Positions 1 through 9,906 of a stretch of 64,000 nt of DNA are shown here, one piece after another. The stretch comes from Spirochaetia bacterium (GTDB lineage: Bacteria; Spirochaetota; Spirochaetia; SZUA-6; Bin103): contig CBDBOV010000001.1 of assembly GCA_965208575.1 (NCBI GenBank), positions 96,001 through 160,000 on the forward strand, in the 5' to 3' direction. The position numbers were made by a program, and so were the translations under genes. The first letter of the stretch is position 1, and each line of letters opens with the position of its first letter. The notes below the pieces were generated by a model, which was given only the letters and a program-made list of their open reading frames with translations, was not told the origin of the DNA and made no database searches.

Positions 1-549
1 AAGCAGATACCCGACAGAGACGCAACAGACATCGGGTTACCGGCCCGTCGTTTCCTCACTTCCGACGACATGTTCGTCCTCCTGGTTGACGATCTGGAAG
101 CAAACAGGTCCGACCGTATACGAGAGATCTTCGATCGTTATCGAAGCGCCCTGGATACCATGCTGCCCCCTAGTCAGGCGGGTCGGGCTTCTGTGCATTT
201 TCTGGTCAACATGCTGGAATCGTATTTTTTCGCCAACAGCGATGCGGTAAACTCAGTGCTCGGTACGGAATTGGAAGACTACGACGGCGACGTAGAGACA
301 ATGCGCAACCCGAAAGCTCGGATGAAGAGCATACAGCCGGGGTACAAAGTAGTCGACGATGGGTGCGAGATTGTCCGGTGTCTTGACGTCGCTCATGTGT
401 TGTCGCGGCGAGATGCGTGTTCCTCATTGCGGACGATGTTCGCCTGGATCCACAAGGCTATCGGCGAGCCGGAGTCCGAAGTAGCCCAGTTCCTGGCCGG
501 CCGTCGGAGCGAGGTAACCGGGGCGCAGATCTGCGCGTTGCCTGCGTGA
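1..549 (+). CDS. DUF4276-like protein, 5'-truncated by the window edge
   Basis: Frame open from base 1 (KQIPDRDATDIGLPARRFL...). Motifs VLLVDDLE and HFLVNMLESYFFA resemble DUF4276 proteins. Confidence 0.6.
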   Translation, partial: KQIPDRDATDIGLPARRFLTSDDMFVLLVDDLEANRSDRIREIFDRYRSALDTMLPPSQAGRASVHFLVNMLESYFFANSDAVNSVLGTELEDYDGDVETMRNPKARMKSIQPGYKVVDDGCEIVRCLDVAHVLSRRDACSSLRTMFAWIHKAIGEPESEVAQFLAGRRSEVTGAQICALPA

Positions 550-580
550 CGACGGTGCCCTGCAGGCCACAATTCAGTTG

Positions 581-1228
581 ATGGCGGATACGCGTACGCA
601 ACTGCGGGCACGGGCGGATGCAATTCGCGCGGCGTTGCGGCGTGAATACCCCGACACGCCGTGCCCGCTGCGCCACCGCAACGCGTTCGAGCTGCTGGTG
701 GCGACCATCCTGTCGGCGCAGTGCACGGACGAACGGGTAAACGCGGTCACGCCGGGCCTGTTCCGGCGCTATCCCGGCCCCGGAGCATTCGCCGGCGCCG
801 ACCAGGAGGAGCTGCAGCGCGAGATCTACACCACCGGCTTCTTTCGCAACAAGGCGCGCAGCCTGATTGCCTGCGGGCGTACGCTGCTGGAGCGCCACGG
901 AGGAGAGCTGCCGGACACCATCGAGGAACTCGCCGCACTGCCGGGGGTGGGCCGCAAGACCGCCAACGTCATGTTCGCACACTGGTTCGGCAAGCCCGCC
1001 GTGGTGGTGGACACGCACTTCCGCCGCGTCGCCACCCGGCTCGGCCTCACCGACGCCGCCGACCCCGACCGGGTGGAAGCGCAGATCCGCGCACTCATCC
1101 CCGAGCAGCACCAGAGCGAGCTGTCCGCGGTGGTGAACTACCACGGCCGCCGCTGCTGCGCCGCCCGCCGCCCGGCCTGCGAGCGCTGCGTCGTCGCCGG
1201 CCTGTGCCCCTACTTCCAACGCCTCTGA
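581..1228 (+). CDS. nth: Endonuclease III (HhH-GPD DNA glycosylase, 4Fe-4S)
   Basis: LLVATILSAQCTDERVN, HhH motif LPGVGRKTANV, VVDTH, and C-terminal C-X6-C-X2-C-X5-C (CAARRPACERCVVAGLC). Confidence 0.96.
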   Translation: MADTRTQLRARADAIRAALRREYPDTPCPLRHRNAFELLVATILSAQCTDERVNAVTPGLFRRYPGPGAFAGADQEELQREIYTTGFFRNKARSLIACGRTLLERHGGELPDTIEELAALPGVGRKTANVMFAHWFGKPAVVVDTHFRRVATRLGLTDAADPDRVEAQIRALIPEQHQSELSAVVNYHGRRCCAARRPACERCVVAGLCPYFQRL

Positions 1229-1470
1229 CGGCTCGCCCTCGCTTGAATCCCGCCGCGTCTGAATCCCGCCGCGCGGATAGAGCCGCCAACGTCCGCCTGG
1301 CCGACCGTTGCGCCGCGCTTCGTCACGCTTCGTCACGTTGCGCTGCTCCGGTGATCCGATCCGCAGCGGTCGCGGGCCTGCTCGACGTCGTATGCCTCAT
1401 TGCCCCCGCCGTAAGGGACGGTGCGAAGCCCGCTCACCGCCGAAAGCGGGCGCGGCGATCCACCGCGGCC

Positions 1471-3180
1471 TCAGCCGGCGGGAGGGGTTGCTGGCGCTCG
1501 AACGGTGCTGCGCAACGCGCCATCGGCCGCGGCGGGTCCGGTGCGGCTGCCGGCGCTTTCCGGGCCGCGCCGCTCAGCCTCGCGTTGACGGTCGATTCCT
1601 GACGTATACTCCTGCGCCAGTTCGGCCAGCAGCGAGAATACATGCTCCGCGTGGCTGGTGACCCGCAAGACGTTGGTGCGTTCATCGCCGGACAGTGACG
1701 ATCCCGATCTGAGGTAGGCGTGGCGTATCTTGCGGATGACCTCGCCCCGGCCCTCCATCAGTCGCTCGCTGATCAGAAACAGCGATTCGTCCTCCGTGGT
1801 CAGCATGTCGGTGAACACCATCAGCACCGCGTCGATACCTTCGATGATCCCGGTGCGCCACCGGTCGAGATGCGCGTGCAGCGGTGTCGCATGGAGCAGT
1901 TCGCACAGCTTCAGGATACGTTCATCCAACGCGTACAGGAGTCGCTGGCGGGTCAGCATCGACACCTGGTTGTCGATCTCCCGGTCGGGATACCGGTACG
2001 TCAGCTCCTGCAGAAACTCGTCGATCCGGGTCAGCACGTCCTTCGCCGAGTCGCACAGTGCCCCCAACGCGGCACCCTGGCGTACTTGATCCAGGCAGCG
2101 GGACAGGACCTCCAGCAGGCGGCGCTGCTCGAGGTCGGCCATGCGCAGCGCCGTCTCGGCATCCTCCAAGTTCCGGTCGTGGATGAAGTGCGGTTGCGAC
2201 AGCACCTCGGGTTCCGTGGGTGGCCACCACCGCGCGGTCAGCTTGGCCACGTGCGTGAGGACGGTGAGCTGGAATACGCCGGTGACGATGTTGGCGAAGA
2301 TGCAGTAGAGCGCCAGCAACTGCCCGACGGGAAGATCGATCGTAAACAGCGCAGCCTTGATCAGGGGCAGGCCAGTGTAGGTCTCGATTACGATGAGCGG
2401 CAGGAAGATCGCTGCCAACACGCAATTGTGCAACACCTGGTACATGCAGGTCTGGCGTGCCCTACCCTTGAGATGCGCCGACAGCAGATACAGGCTCAAG
2501 CTTGACCCGAGGCAGCAGCCGACGTGCAGCGTGAAGACCTGTTCGGCGGCCAGCACACCAGTCATCGCCATGCCGATGCCGGTCACCATCACGACGACGG
2601 ACGACTGCACGAGGAGGCTCAGCAGTGCACCGATCAGCAGGCACAGGACCAGCGCGCTCGCCGCCCGTGCCACGGACGCCTGGAACCAGAGGTGGTTCGC
2701 CAAGGGTGCGGCCGACTCCTTGATCAGGACGAACCCGAACACCATCATCCCGATGGCGAACAAGGTTGCCGCGATCGCCTGCAGTTTGACTCCCGGCGAG
2801 CGTCCCCTGGTAGCAACTTGCGTGACCAGTTGTGACGCCCCCAGGGCAAACAGAACGGCCAGCTTGATGTCGAACGATACGACCAGCAACAACATTGCCG
2901 CGCCTATGTTCCCGCCGATCAGGATCGGAAAGGAACGACCTGGTGTCAGGATCCCCGAGCGCACCATGCCGATCGTGATGAAGGTCAGGGCGGGTATCGT
3001 CTGGGTGATCGCGCCGGCCAACACGCCCCACAGGCACGCCGACCAACGGCTGCTGGTCCATTTCTTGGCGCTTTGGCGCACGCGCCGATTGGTCAAGGCC
3101 TTCAGGTGCTGAGTCAGCAGACTCAGACCCGTGAAGAAGAGCCCGAGGCCACCGGCGAACCCACCGATGATTGCTATCAC
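1471..3180 (-). CDS. Na+/Pi cotransporter family protein (NptA/YjbB-like)
   Basis: N-terminal GGLGLFFTGL, IGGNIG and LLVQSS repeat motifs, many TM segments, helical PhoU-like C-terminal region. Confidence 0.85.
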   Translation of the reverse strand: MIAIIGGFAGGLGLFFTGLSLLTQHLKALTNRRVRQSAKKWTSSRWSACLWGVLAGAITQTIPALTFITIGMVRSGILTPGRSFPILIGGNIGAAMLLLVVSFDIKLAVLFALGASQLVTQVATRGRSPGVKLQAIAATLFAIGMMVFGFVLIKESAAPLANHLWFQASVARAASALVLCLLIGALLSLLVQSSVVVMVTGIGMAMTGVLAAEQVFTLHVGCCLGSSLSLYLLSAHLKGRARQTCMYQVLHNCVLAAIFLPLIVIETYTGLPLIKAALFTIDLPVGQLLALYCIFANIVTGVFQLTVLTHVAKLTARWWPPTEPEVLSQPHFIHDRNLEDAETALRMADLEQRRLLEVLSRCLDQVRQGAALGALCDSAKDVLTRIDEFLQELTYRYPDREIDNQVSMLTRQRLLYALDERILKLCELLHATPLHAHLDRWRTGIIEGIDAVLMVFTDMLTTEDESLFLISERLMEGRGEVIRKIRHAYLRSGSSLSGDERTNVLRVTSHAEHVFSLLAELAQEYTSGIDRQREAERRGPESAGSRTGPAAADGALRSTVRAPATPPAG

Positions 3181-3720
3181 TGCCCGATCACCGCGTTTTC
3201 GAATTGCCGATTGATTACCGTCTCCAGGGTGCGTCGATCACGTTGCTTGTGAGCGCTCGTGTGGTGTCTCGCACACGCGCGTGGCCGCGCGCCGCGCGCC
3301 GATTGCGTTGTTACGCACGGCAACCTATAAGCAGACACCATGCCAAGTACGCTCGGAGCTGCGTAAGTCGTTACGTGCACGTCAGGTCGGCAGTTGCGGC
3401 GGCCCCCTGACCGCGACCGGCCAAGTGTAACACCTTGCAACGTGCAGCCGCCGACGCGGGCCGCCTGGAGGCTGCATATGTACTTGGACTGTAGTGGTTT
3501 ACTGCTCGAAATGCGGCCCCTGTCGCAGATTGCCGCACCCTGTTGCGGTTTAGAACATCGCGTCCGCTGAGGAGCCGTCAGCGCTGCTGCCCGGCCGGTC
3601 GTCCACTTGCCCAACCGTTGCGCCACGGCGTGCCTTCCGTGAGCCCGCTTGAGCCCGCTTGAGCCCGCGCCGCCTCTTGCTAAGCGGGTGGGGCAGGGCG
3701 CACAATCGCGGTCACTGAGC

Positions 3721-4932
3721 ATGGCACACAACCACGGCGACCCTGTTGCGGAACTCAAGACCGCCAATGACCGGCGCATCCTGCTGCTGGTGATGGACGG
3801 CCTGGGCGGACTGCCGCGCGAGCCCGGCGGCCCCACCGAGTTGGAGGCCGCCCACACGCCCAATCTCGACACCCTCGCGGCCGGCGCCGAGTGCGGCCTG
3901 CACGTGCCGATCGAGTACGGCATCGCGCCCGGCTCGGCGCCCGGACACCTGGCGCTGTTCGGCTACGATCCGCTGCAGTACCCGATCGGTCGCGGCATCG
4001 TGGCGGCGCTCGGCATCGGCTATCCGATCGGCGGCGGCGACGTGGCGGCACGCCTCAACTTCGCCACCCGCGACGCGGCCGGCGCCGTCAGCGACCGCCG
4101 CGCGGGGCGCATTCCCACCGAGGTGTGCACGCGGCTGGCCGCGCTCCTGGACCGCATCGAGCTGCCCGGCGTGGAGGTGGCGGTACGCCCGGTGCGCGAC
4201 TACCGCGCCGTGGTGGTGCTGCGCGGCGCCGGCCTCAGCGACCTGGTGTCGGACACCGATCCGGCGCGCACCGGCGTGGCCGCGCTGCCGCCGCGCGCCC
4301 GGGCCCCGGAGGCGGAGCACACCGCGCAGGCGGCGGCCGCGTTCGTGGACCGCGCGCGCGAGCTGCTGGCCGGCGAGGCGCCGGCCAACGAGGTGCTGCT
4401 GCGTGGCTTCGCGCAACTGCCGCGGATCCCTTCCCTGGCGGACCGATTCGGGCTGCGCCCGGTCGCGCTCGCCGTGTATCCCGACTACAAGGGGGTGAGC
4501 CGGCTGGTCGGCATGGAGGCGATCGAGGGGCTCGTCGACCTGGAAGCCCAGAGCCGGGCGCTGGCCGTGGCCTGGTCCGATCACGACTACTGCTTCGTGC
4601 ACCACAAGTACACCGACTCCAAGGGCGAGGACGGCGACTTCGACGCCAAGGTAGCGGAGGTGGAGACCGTGGACCGTGCCCTGCCGGACCTGCTCGCCGG
4701 CAAGCCGGACGTCGTGATCGTGACCGGCGACCACTCGACCCCGAGCGTGGCGCGCTCCCATACCGCGCACCCGGTGCCGTTCCTGATTCACGCCGCCGGT
4801 GCGCGCCCCGACGCGGTGCGGGAATTCGGCGAGCGGGCGTGCGCCGCAGGCGCCTGGGGGGTGGTGCCGGGGCGGGCGCTGATGGCGATTGCCCTCGGCC
4901 ACGCCGGTAAGGTGGCGCGCTACGGCGCTTGA
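3721..4932 (+). CDS. apgM: 2,3-bisphosphoglycerate-independent phosphoglycerate mutase, archaeal-type
   Basis: LLVMDGLG, TELEAAHTPNLD, PGSAPGHLALFGYDP, DRRAGRI, VTGDHSTP and HPVP motifs. Confidence 0.93.
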   Translation: MAHNHGDPVAELKTANDRRILLLVMDGLGGLPREPGGPTELEAAHTPNLDTLAAGAECGLHVPIEYGIAPGSAPGHLALFGYDPLQYPIGRGIVAALGIGYPIGGGDVAARLNFATRDAAGAVSDRRAGRIPTEVCTRLAALLDRIELPGVEVAVRPVRDYRAVVVLRGAGLSDLVSDTDPARTGVAALPPRARAPEAEHTAQAAAAFVDRARELLAGEAPANEVLLRGFAQLPRIPSLADRFGLRPVALAVYPDYKGVSRLVGMEAIEGLVDLEAQSRALAVAWSDHDYCFVHHKYTDSKGEDGDFDAKVAEVETVDRALPDLLAGKPDVVIVTGDHSTPSVARSHTAHPVPFLIHAAGARPDAVREFGERACAAGAWGVVPGRALMAIALGHAGKVARYGA

Positions 4933-4996
4933 CCCGCCGGCAAGCGCGTGCAGCGGCGGCCGTGACGGCGGGACATGCAGAAATCGCAAAAAAAGT

Positions 4997-5037
4997 TGCG
5001 CGCACCCCTTGACACCATTTTTGGGTGCGCGTAGCGG
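4997..5037 (+). promoter_or_regulatory. Sigma70-like promoter overlapped by an inverted repeat
   Basis: TTGACA (5009-5014), 17 bp, TAGCGG (imperfect -10). Arms tgcgcgcaccc (4997-5007) and gggtgcgcgta (5023-5033) enclose the -35. Confidence 0.4.
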
Positions 5038-5179
5038 CTTGCCATGGCGCGTGGCGGCCCCTCCGACTCTCCGAAAGCGACTCGGGCTCCGTGGACGCGG
5101 CAGCGCCCCGCTGAGCGGCCTTCCGGGCGCCGTTTCACCGCCGTCGAGGACTCGGACAAATCGGCTATCTTGAATCCCA

Positions 5180-5194
5180 TGGTATACTTACGAC
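5180..5194 (+). promoter_or_regulatory. Extended -10 promoter giving a leaderless HNH transcript
   Basis: TGgTATACT (5180-5188) lies 6 nt before ATG 5195; no Shine-Dalgarno. Confidence 0.6.
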
Positions 5195-7078
5195 ATGGAT
5201 GCCGTGACCTCTCCCACCCTCTGGTCTACCGTCGCCGCGCTCCCCGATTACCTCCTCTTGGCCCAGACTCGGCAGCTCGCCCGTCACGAGCAGGCGCTGC
5301 AGATCCTGGTCCTCGACCACCTGCGCGAGATCGAGGCTCGCCGCCTCCACCTGACCGGCGGGTATGGCAGTCTGTTCGACTACGTGGTGCACGAACTGGG
5401 CTACACCGCGGCCGCCGCCTGGCGGAGGATCAAGGCGATGCGGCTGTGCAGCCAGACCGGCGCGGCGCGGGAGTTGCTGCAGGATGGCTCGCTGAACCTG
5501 AGCAACGCGGCGCAACTGCAGAACCTGTTCGAGCGTAGCGACCGCAGCCACGGCCGCCCGCCGGGCGGTGACGGAACGGGCGGCGGCCTGGGCGGTGCGC
5601 AACGGAATGACGGCGCACCGGGGGAATCGGGATTGGCGGTACCGGCGCGCGCCGGCGGGCACGATCCGGCGCCACCGGCAGCCGGGCCGGTGCTGGACGC
5701 GGCGGCGCGGGAGAAGCTGGTCCGGCAGGCGGCGGGCAAGAGCACGCGCGAAGTGCAGCAGATGCTGGCCGAGGTGGATCCGGAGTTGGCGCAGCCGAGC
5801 GACCGGTTGCGCGCGCTCGGAGGTGGGCGCTGGGAGTTGAAGGCGGCGGTCGACGCGGAGTGCCGGCATGGGCTGGAGAAGTTGCTGATGCTGCTGTCGC
5901 ACCGGGACCCGCACCTGGCGCTGGGCGGACTGGTGGCGCGGCTGGTGCGCGACGGCCTGGACCGCTACGACCCGGCGCGGCCACCGAGGTCGCGGCGTAC
6001 CGGCGGAGGCGCCTCGGTCGACAGCGCGGGCTCCGCGAGCAAGCCGGCCCGGCGCGATACGGAGTCGGAGACCGGGCACGGCAACCGTTCGCTCGTGGCG
6101 GTACCAAACAGCACCGGGCATACCGCTTCGGCGGCGAAGCGCCGCTCGAATGCCGAGCATGGCAGCGGTTCGCCCGTGGCGACACCGAACCGCGACGGGC
6201 ACGCCGCTTTCCCGGCGAAGCGCCGCTCGGGCGCCGAGCATGGCGGCGTGCCACCGGTGGCGGCACTGAACAGCGGCGGGCGCCCTACTTCGCCAGCGAA
6301 GTGCCAATCTGAAGTCGAACTCGGTCGCGCAGAGCGTGCGGCGGCGGGGGACGGCGGCGGGTTGGCGGCTTCTCCGCCGAAGCGGTATACGGAGGCCGAG
6401 CGCGGCGGCGCGGACTACACGCCGGCGGCGGATGTCGGCGGTCGGGCGGCTTCGCCGGCGAAGCGGCGAGCGCAAGCCGGCGGCGCTGGCCGGGACGCGC
6501 GGGTGGGTGGTGGCCTGGACCGTACGATGGGGGCGTCCGGAGCGCGGTTCGAGGCCGACCGGCGCGACGCGGCGCCGGCACCGGGGCGGGGCGGCACGCG
6601 GTTGCGGACTTCGACGGCGAAGCGGCTTGCGTACGCCGCCGGGCATGGTTCGCGGGGGACGGCGGAGCGTTCGCCGGCACTGGAGCGGCACCTGGCCGCG
6701 TTGCGCTGCTGCGGCGCGTTGCCGGGCTCCCGATCACGGTACATCCCGGCGGTCGTGCGGCGTGAGGTGTGGCGGCGCGACCAGGGTCGTTGCAGTTACG
6801 TCGACCGCTATAGCGGACGGGACAGCGGGCGGCGCTGCGGCTCCTGCTATCGGCTGGAGATCGACCACATCGTGCCGTTCGCGCTCGGCGGCGGCGCGGA
6901 GCCGCGGAATCTGACGCTCCATTGTCGAGCGCACCACAAGTTGCGCCACGCGCAGCGCCATGTATACGCCGACAGTGTGCCGTCTGAAGCCCAACGCGCT
7001 CGGGTCTTCGCGGTCGATCCCAACGAACGCGGGCAGACCGTCGGATCTCATGCGGCAATCGATGGGGCCGGGGCCTGA
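5195..7078 (+). CDS. HNH endonuclease with a DUF222-like N-terminal region and a central repeat linker
   Basis: N-terminal HLREIEARRLHL..GYGSLFDYVVHELGY. C-terminal RYIPAVVRREVWRRDQGRCSY..CGS..LEIDHIVPFALGG..NLTLHCRAHH. Confidence 0.88.
   Translation: MDAVTSPTLWSTVAALPDYLLLAQTRQLARHEQALQILVLDHLREIEARRLHLTGGYGSLFDYVVHELGYTAAAAWRRIKAMRLCSQTGAARELLQDGSLNLSNAAQLQNLFERSDRSHGRPPGGDGTGGGLGGAQRNDGAPGESGLAVPARAGGHDPAPPAAGPVLDAAAREKLVRQAAGKSTREVQQMLAEVDPELAQPSDRLRALGGGRWELKAAVDAECRHGLEKLLMLLSHRDPHLALGGLVARLVRDGLDRYDPARPPRSRRTGGGASVDSAGSASKPARRDTESETGHGNRSLVAVPNSTGHTASAAKRRSNAEHGSGSPVATPNRDGHAAFPAKRRSGAEHGGVPPVAALNSGGRPTSPAKCQSEVELGRAERAAAGDGGGLAASPPKRYTEAERGGADYTPAADVGGRAASPAKRRAQAGGAGRDARVGGGLDRTMGASGARFEADRRDAAPAPGRGGTRLRTSTAKRLAYAAGHGSRGTAERSPALERHLAALRCCGALPGSRSRYIPAVVRREVWRRDQGRCSYVDRYSGRDSGRRCGSCYRLEIDHIVPFALGGGAEPRNLTLHCRAHHKLRHAQRHVYADSVPSEAQRARVFAVDPNERGQTVGSHAAIDGAGA
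6120..6630 (+). repeat. Degenerate 81-bp (27-aa) tandem repeat inside the HNH gene
   Basis: GAAG of the SPAKR-type motif recurs at 6136, 6217, 6298, 6379 and 6460 (exact 81-bp period), and again at 6619. Confidence 0.85.
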
Positions 7079-7314
7079 TCGCACACCGTCGTGGAACCGG
7101 CGCTCCCGACCACCGGCGGTCAATGCCAAGCCGCGCACCATCGCCTCGCCGATCCAGTTCGCCAGCTCCAGGATCGCTTCGTCCGCGATCAGGTAGACCC
7201 TGTGTAGATGATCGCTTCCAGCTTTACACGTTCTTACCCTGATAGTCGTGACGGCGGATGTGGTGTCGGCGGATATAGTAAGGTGTCCGTGACCGCGCAT
7301 GGGCCGAGAACGGG

Positions 7315-7932
7315 TTGGACTCCACACTGGAAAATGACGATCTGCTGACCGCCTACGAGGCGTCCCGGCAGCCGCAGTTGCGGGTGTACGAGCCCGCTCG
7401 CCGCGTCATAGTGCTCGGCGCCGCCGGCAACGCGGCGGTGGACGTGCACCGGGCGGCGGCGGCGGCCGGCATCGGCGTCCGGCGCCGGCGCGGCGGCGGC
7501 GGCACCGTCCTGCTCGGCCCCGGCCAGGTGGTGGTGGCGCTGGTCACGGAGGTGGACCACCCGTACCGGAACCGCGAGTACGCGCGCGCCATCAACGGCT
7601 GGCTGATCGACGCGCTGCACGGCGCCGGCGCGCGCGGCATCGAGCAGCGCGGCATCTCCGACTTGGCCATCGCCGACCGCAAGATCGCCGGCACCAGCGT
7701 GTTCCGGCGCCGCCGCATCCTGTTCTACCAGGCCAGCCTGCTGGTGCACAACGATCCGGCCGAGTTCGAGCGCTTCCTGGCCTTTCCGCGCCAGGTGCCG
7801 GACTACCGCCGCGGCCGCGCCCACGCCGCGTTCTGCACCACGCTGTCCGCGGCCGGCTACCCGTACCGCGCGGCGCAGGTGGCCGCGCTGCTGCACACCG
7901 CCGTGGCGGCGCGTATCGGAGGCCTGCGCTGA
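7315..7932 (+). CDS. Lipoate-protein ligase A family protein
   Basis: RRRGGGGTVLLGPG and SDLAIADRKIAGTS (BPL/LplA/LipB catalytic Lys). Start codon uncertain. Confidence 0.85.
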   Translation: MDSTLENDDLLTAYEASRQPQLRVYEPARRVIVLGAAGNAAVDVHRAAAAAGIGVRRRRGGGGTVLLGPGQVVVALVTEVDHPYRNREYARAINGWLIDALHGAGARGIEQRGISDLAIADRKIAGTSVFRRRRILFYQASLLVHNDPAEFERFLAFPRQVPDYRRGRAHAAFCTTLSAAGYPYRAAQVAALLHTAVAARIGGLR

Positions 7933-8111
7933 CCGCCGCGCCGCACCGCCCATCCAGCGCGTGCCGCCCGCTGACGGTGTCCGCGCGCCAGCCGCCGCCA
8001 GCCGCCGCGCCGCACCGCCCGTCCAGCGCGTGGCGCCCGCTGACGGTGTCCGCGCGCCAGCCGCCGCCAGCCGCCGCGCCGCACCGCCCGTCCAGCGTGT
8101 GCCGCCCGCTG
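7933..8111 (+). repeat. 69-bp tandem repeat, about 2.6 copies
   Basis: Unit ccgccgcgccgcaccgccc(a/g)tccagcgcgtg...ccagccgccgccag starts at 7933, 8002 and 8071. Confidence 0.9.
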
Positions 8112-9884
8112 TCCCGGCCCCCGCGCAAACCGCCGCAGCAGGCGGCGCCGCGCCTGCTGGCGGCCGTGGCCCTGGTACTGCTCGCCACCACCACGTGCGC
8201 TCAGCGCGCCGTCGACCTGCCGTTCCACGATGCCGGCGGCGCCCGGCTGCGGGTGCGCGCCGAGCACCGTCCCCGCGAGCAGGCGGCCGCCGCGCGCGAG
8301 GCCCGGATCGCCGCTACCGCCCTGTCCCCGCGCCACGGCGTGCACAGCACGGCGCGGCTGCTGCTGGCCAAGCCGCTGGCGGTGTACGCCGGGGAGGCGA
8401 TCACGGTGTCCGTGCGCAGCGACCTTGCCGAGTTCAGCGTGGAGCTGTTCAGCGGCGCCGACACGGTGGCGTTCAGCCGTACCATCGCGCTCGGCGGCAG
8501 CGGCACCATTCACCATCAACTGGTGCTGGACACCTCGTTCGAGCTGCGCGGCATGCAACTGCACGCGCCGCCGGCGGCCACGGAAGGGCAACTGGAGCTG
8601 GCCGGCGCCGCGCTGTCGCCGCCGGCCGGCGCATTGCTGGTGCGTGACGCGCAGTTGTTCGCCGGCAGCGGGTTCACTTCCCGCGGCGCCGCGCACTTCG
8701 ACGGCGCCGCGCTGCGCCCGGTGGACCTGGATCTGGCCGACTGGCTGTTCCCCGGCCCGGACGCGTCCGCGGCCGCGGCGGCGCCGGCCGCGCCCTGGCT
8801 GCTGTCGCTCGGCTTGCACAATCCGGGCGCCGCCGACGGGGAGCTGCGCGTGCACCTGGAAGGCGACGGCGTGCGGCGCAGCTTCCTGGTCACCCGCCAG
8901 CCGGGCCGCCAACCGATCTACCTGCATGGCGCCGAAATCGGCTTCCTGCCGCGCCGCGTATACCTGGAAGCGGGCGGCGGCCTGTTCTCGGCCGCGGTCG
9001 AACCGCTGCCGCCGAGCGGCGCGGACGGGCCGCCGGTCGCGGTCCCGGCCGACCTGGGCACCATCCTGCGCCTCGACCGCACCCACTGGCGGCGCGACGA
9101 CTTCGAACTGTACGAGTGGCGGGGCGTACCGGCCGCCGCCGCGCCGCTGCTGATCTTCGACACCGCCAACTACGCCGTCCAGGCGCGGCTGTTCCGCCGC
9201 CTGGCGTTCTTCGTCGAAAAGCGCGGTTTCCGCGGCCGCCTGCTCGGCGACGAGGAACTCGCCGGCCTGCGCGGCTACAACGCGCACGACTACGCCGCGC
9301 CCGACCTGGCGCGCTTCTTCTCCCTGGCGCAGAACCAGGGCGTGGCCCTCAACGAGGCGGAGCTGCTGCTGCGCGACATCGCCGTGACGCACGGCATCGT
9401 GCAGCCCGATCCGGACGGTGGCTGGCGTACCGGCGCCGGCGCGATCCTGTCGATCTCGCAGGCCTCGCACGCCCAGTTGCGCGACCTGCTGCTGCGCCAC
9501 GAGGCGCTGCACGGCCTGTACTTCACCCACGCCCGCTACCGGGAGGCGGTGTGGGCGGCGTGGCAGCAGTTGACCGAGGACGAGCAGCGGTTCTGGACGC
9601 TGCTGCTGGCGTCGATCAACTACGACGTCGACTATCCCGACCTGGTGGTGAACGAGTTCCAGTCCTACCTGCTGCAGCAGGGCGCGAACCGGGTCGGGTA
9701 CTTCCTGTCGGTGTGGAACGGCCGCCTGCGCACGCGCCACCCGGAACATGCCGACGCCATCGCCGCGGTAACCCGCGCCACCGAGCGCTGGCGCGAACAG
9801 CACCGCCGGCTGGCGGCCGCGCTCGCCGACACCACCGGCGTGCACAGCGACCACCTCATCCTGGTCCGCGCAGCCGACCGCTGA
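7977..9884 (+). CDS. Exported hypothetical protein with a HExxH motif
   Basis: Signal-like LLAAVALVLLATTTC. C-terminal RLAFFVEKRGFRG, GYNAHDY, HEALHGLYF, NEFQSYLLQQ. The 5' end is uncertain because of the repeats. Confidence 0.65.
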   Translation: MSARQPPPAAAPHRPSSAWRPLTVSARQPPPAAAPHRPSSVCRPLSRPPRKPPQQAAPRLLAAVALVLLATTTCAQRAVDLPFHDAGGARLRVRAEHRPREQAAAAREARIAATALSPRHGVHSTARLLLAKPLAVYAGEAITVSVRSDLAEFSVELFSGADTVAFSRTIALGGSGTIHHQLVLDTSFELRGMQLHAPPAATEGQLELAGAALSPPAGALLVRDAQLFAGSGFTSRGAAHFDGAALRPVDLDLADWLFPGPDASAAAAAPAAPWLLSLGLHNPGAADGELRVHLEGDGVRRSFLVTRQPGRQPIYLHGAEIGFLPRRVYLEAGGGLFSAAVEPLPPSGADGPPVAVPADLGTILRLDRTHWRRDDFELYEWRGVPAAAAPLLIFDTANYAVQARLFRRLAFFVEKRGFRGRLLGDEELAGLRGYNAHDYAAPDLARFFSLAQNQGVALNEAELLLRDIAVTHGIVQPDPDGGWRTGAGAILSISQASHAQLRDLLLRHEALHGLYFTHARYREAVWAAWQQLTEDEQRFWTLLLASINYDVDYPDLVVNEFQSYLLQQGANRVGYFLSVWNGRLRTRHPEHADAIAAVTRATERWREQHRRLAAALADTTGVHSDHLILVRAADR

Positions 9885-9906
9885 GCGCGCGCCGCGGCCG
9901 GCGTCC

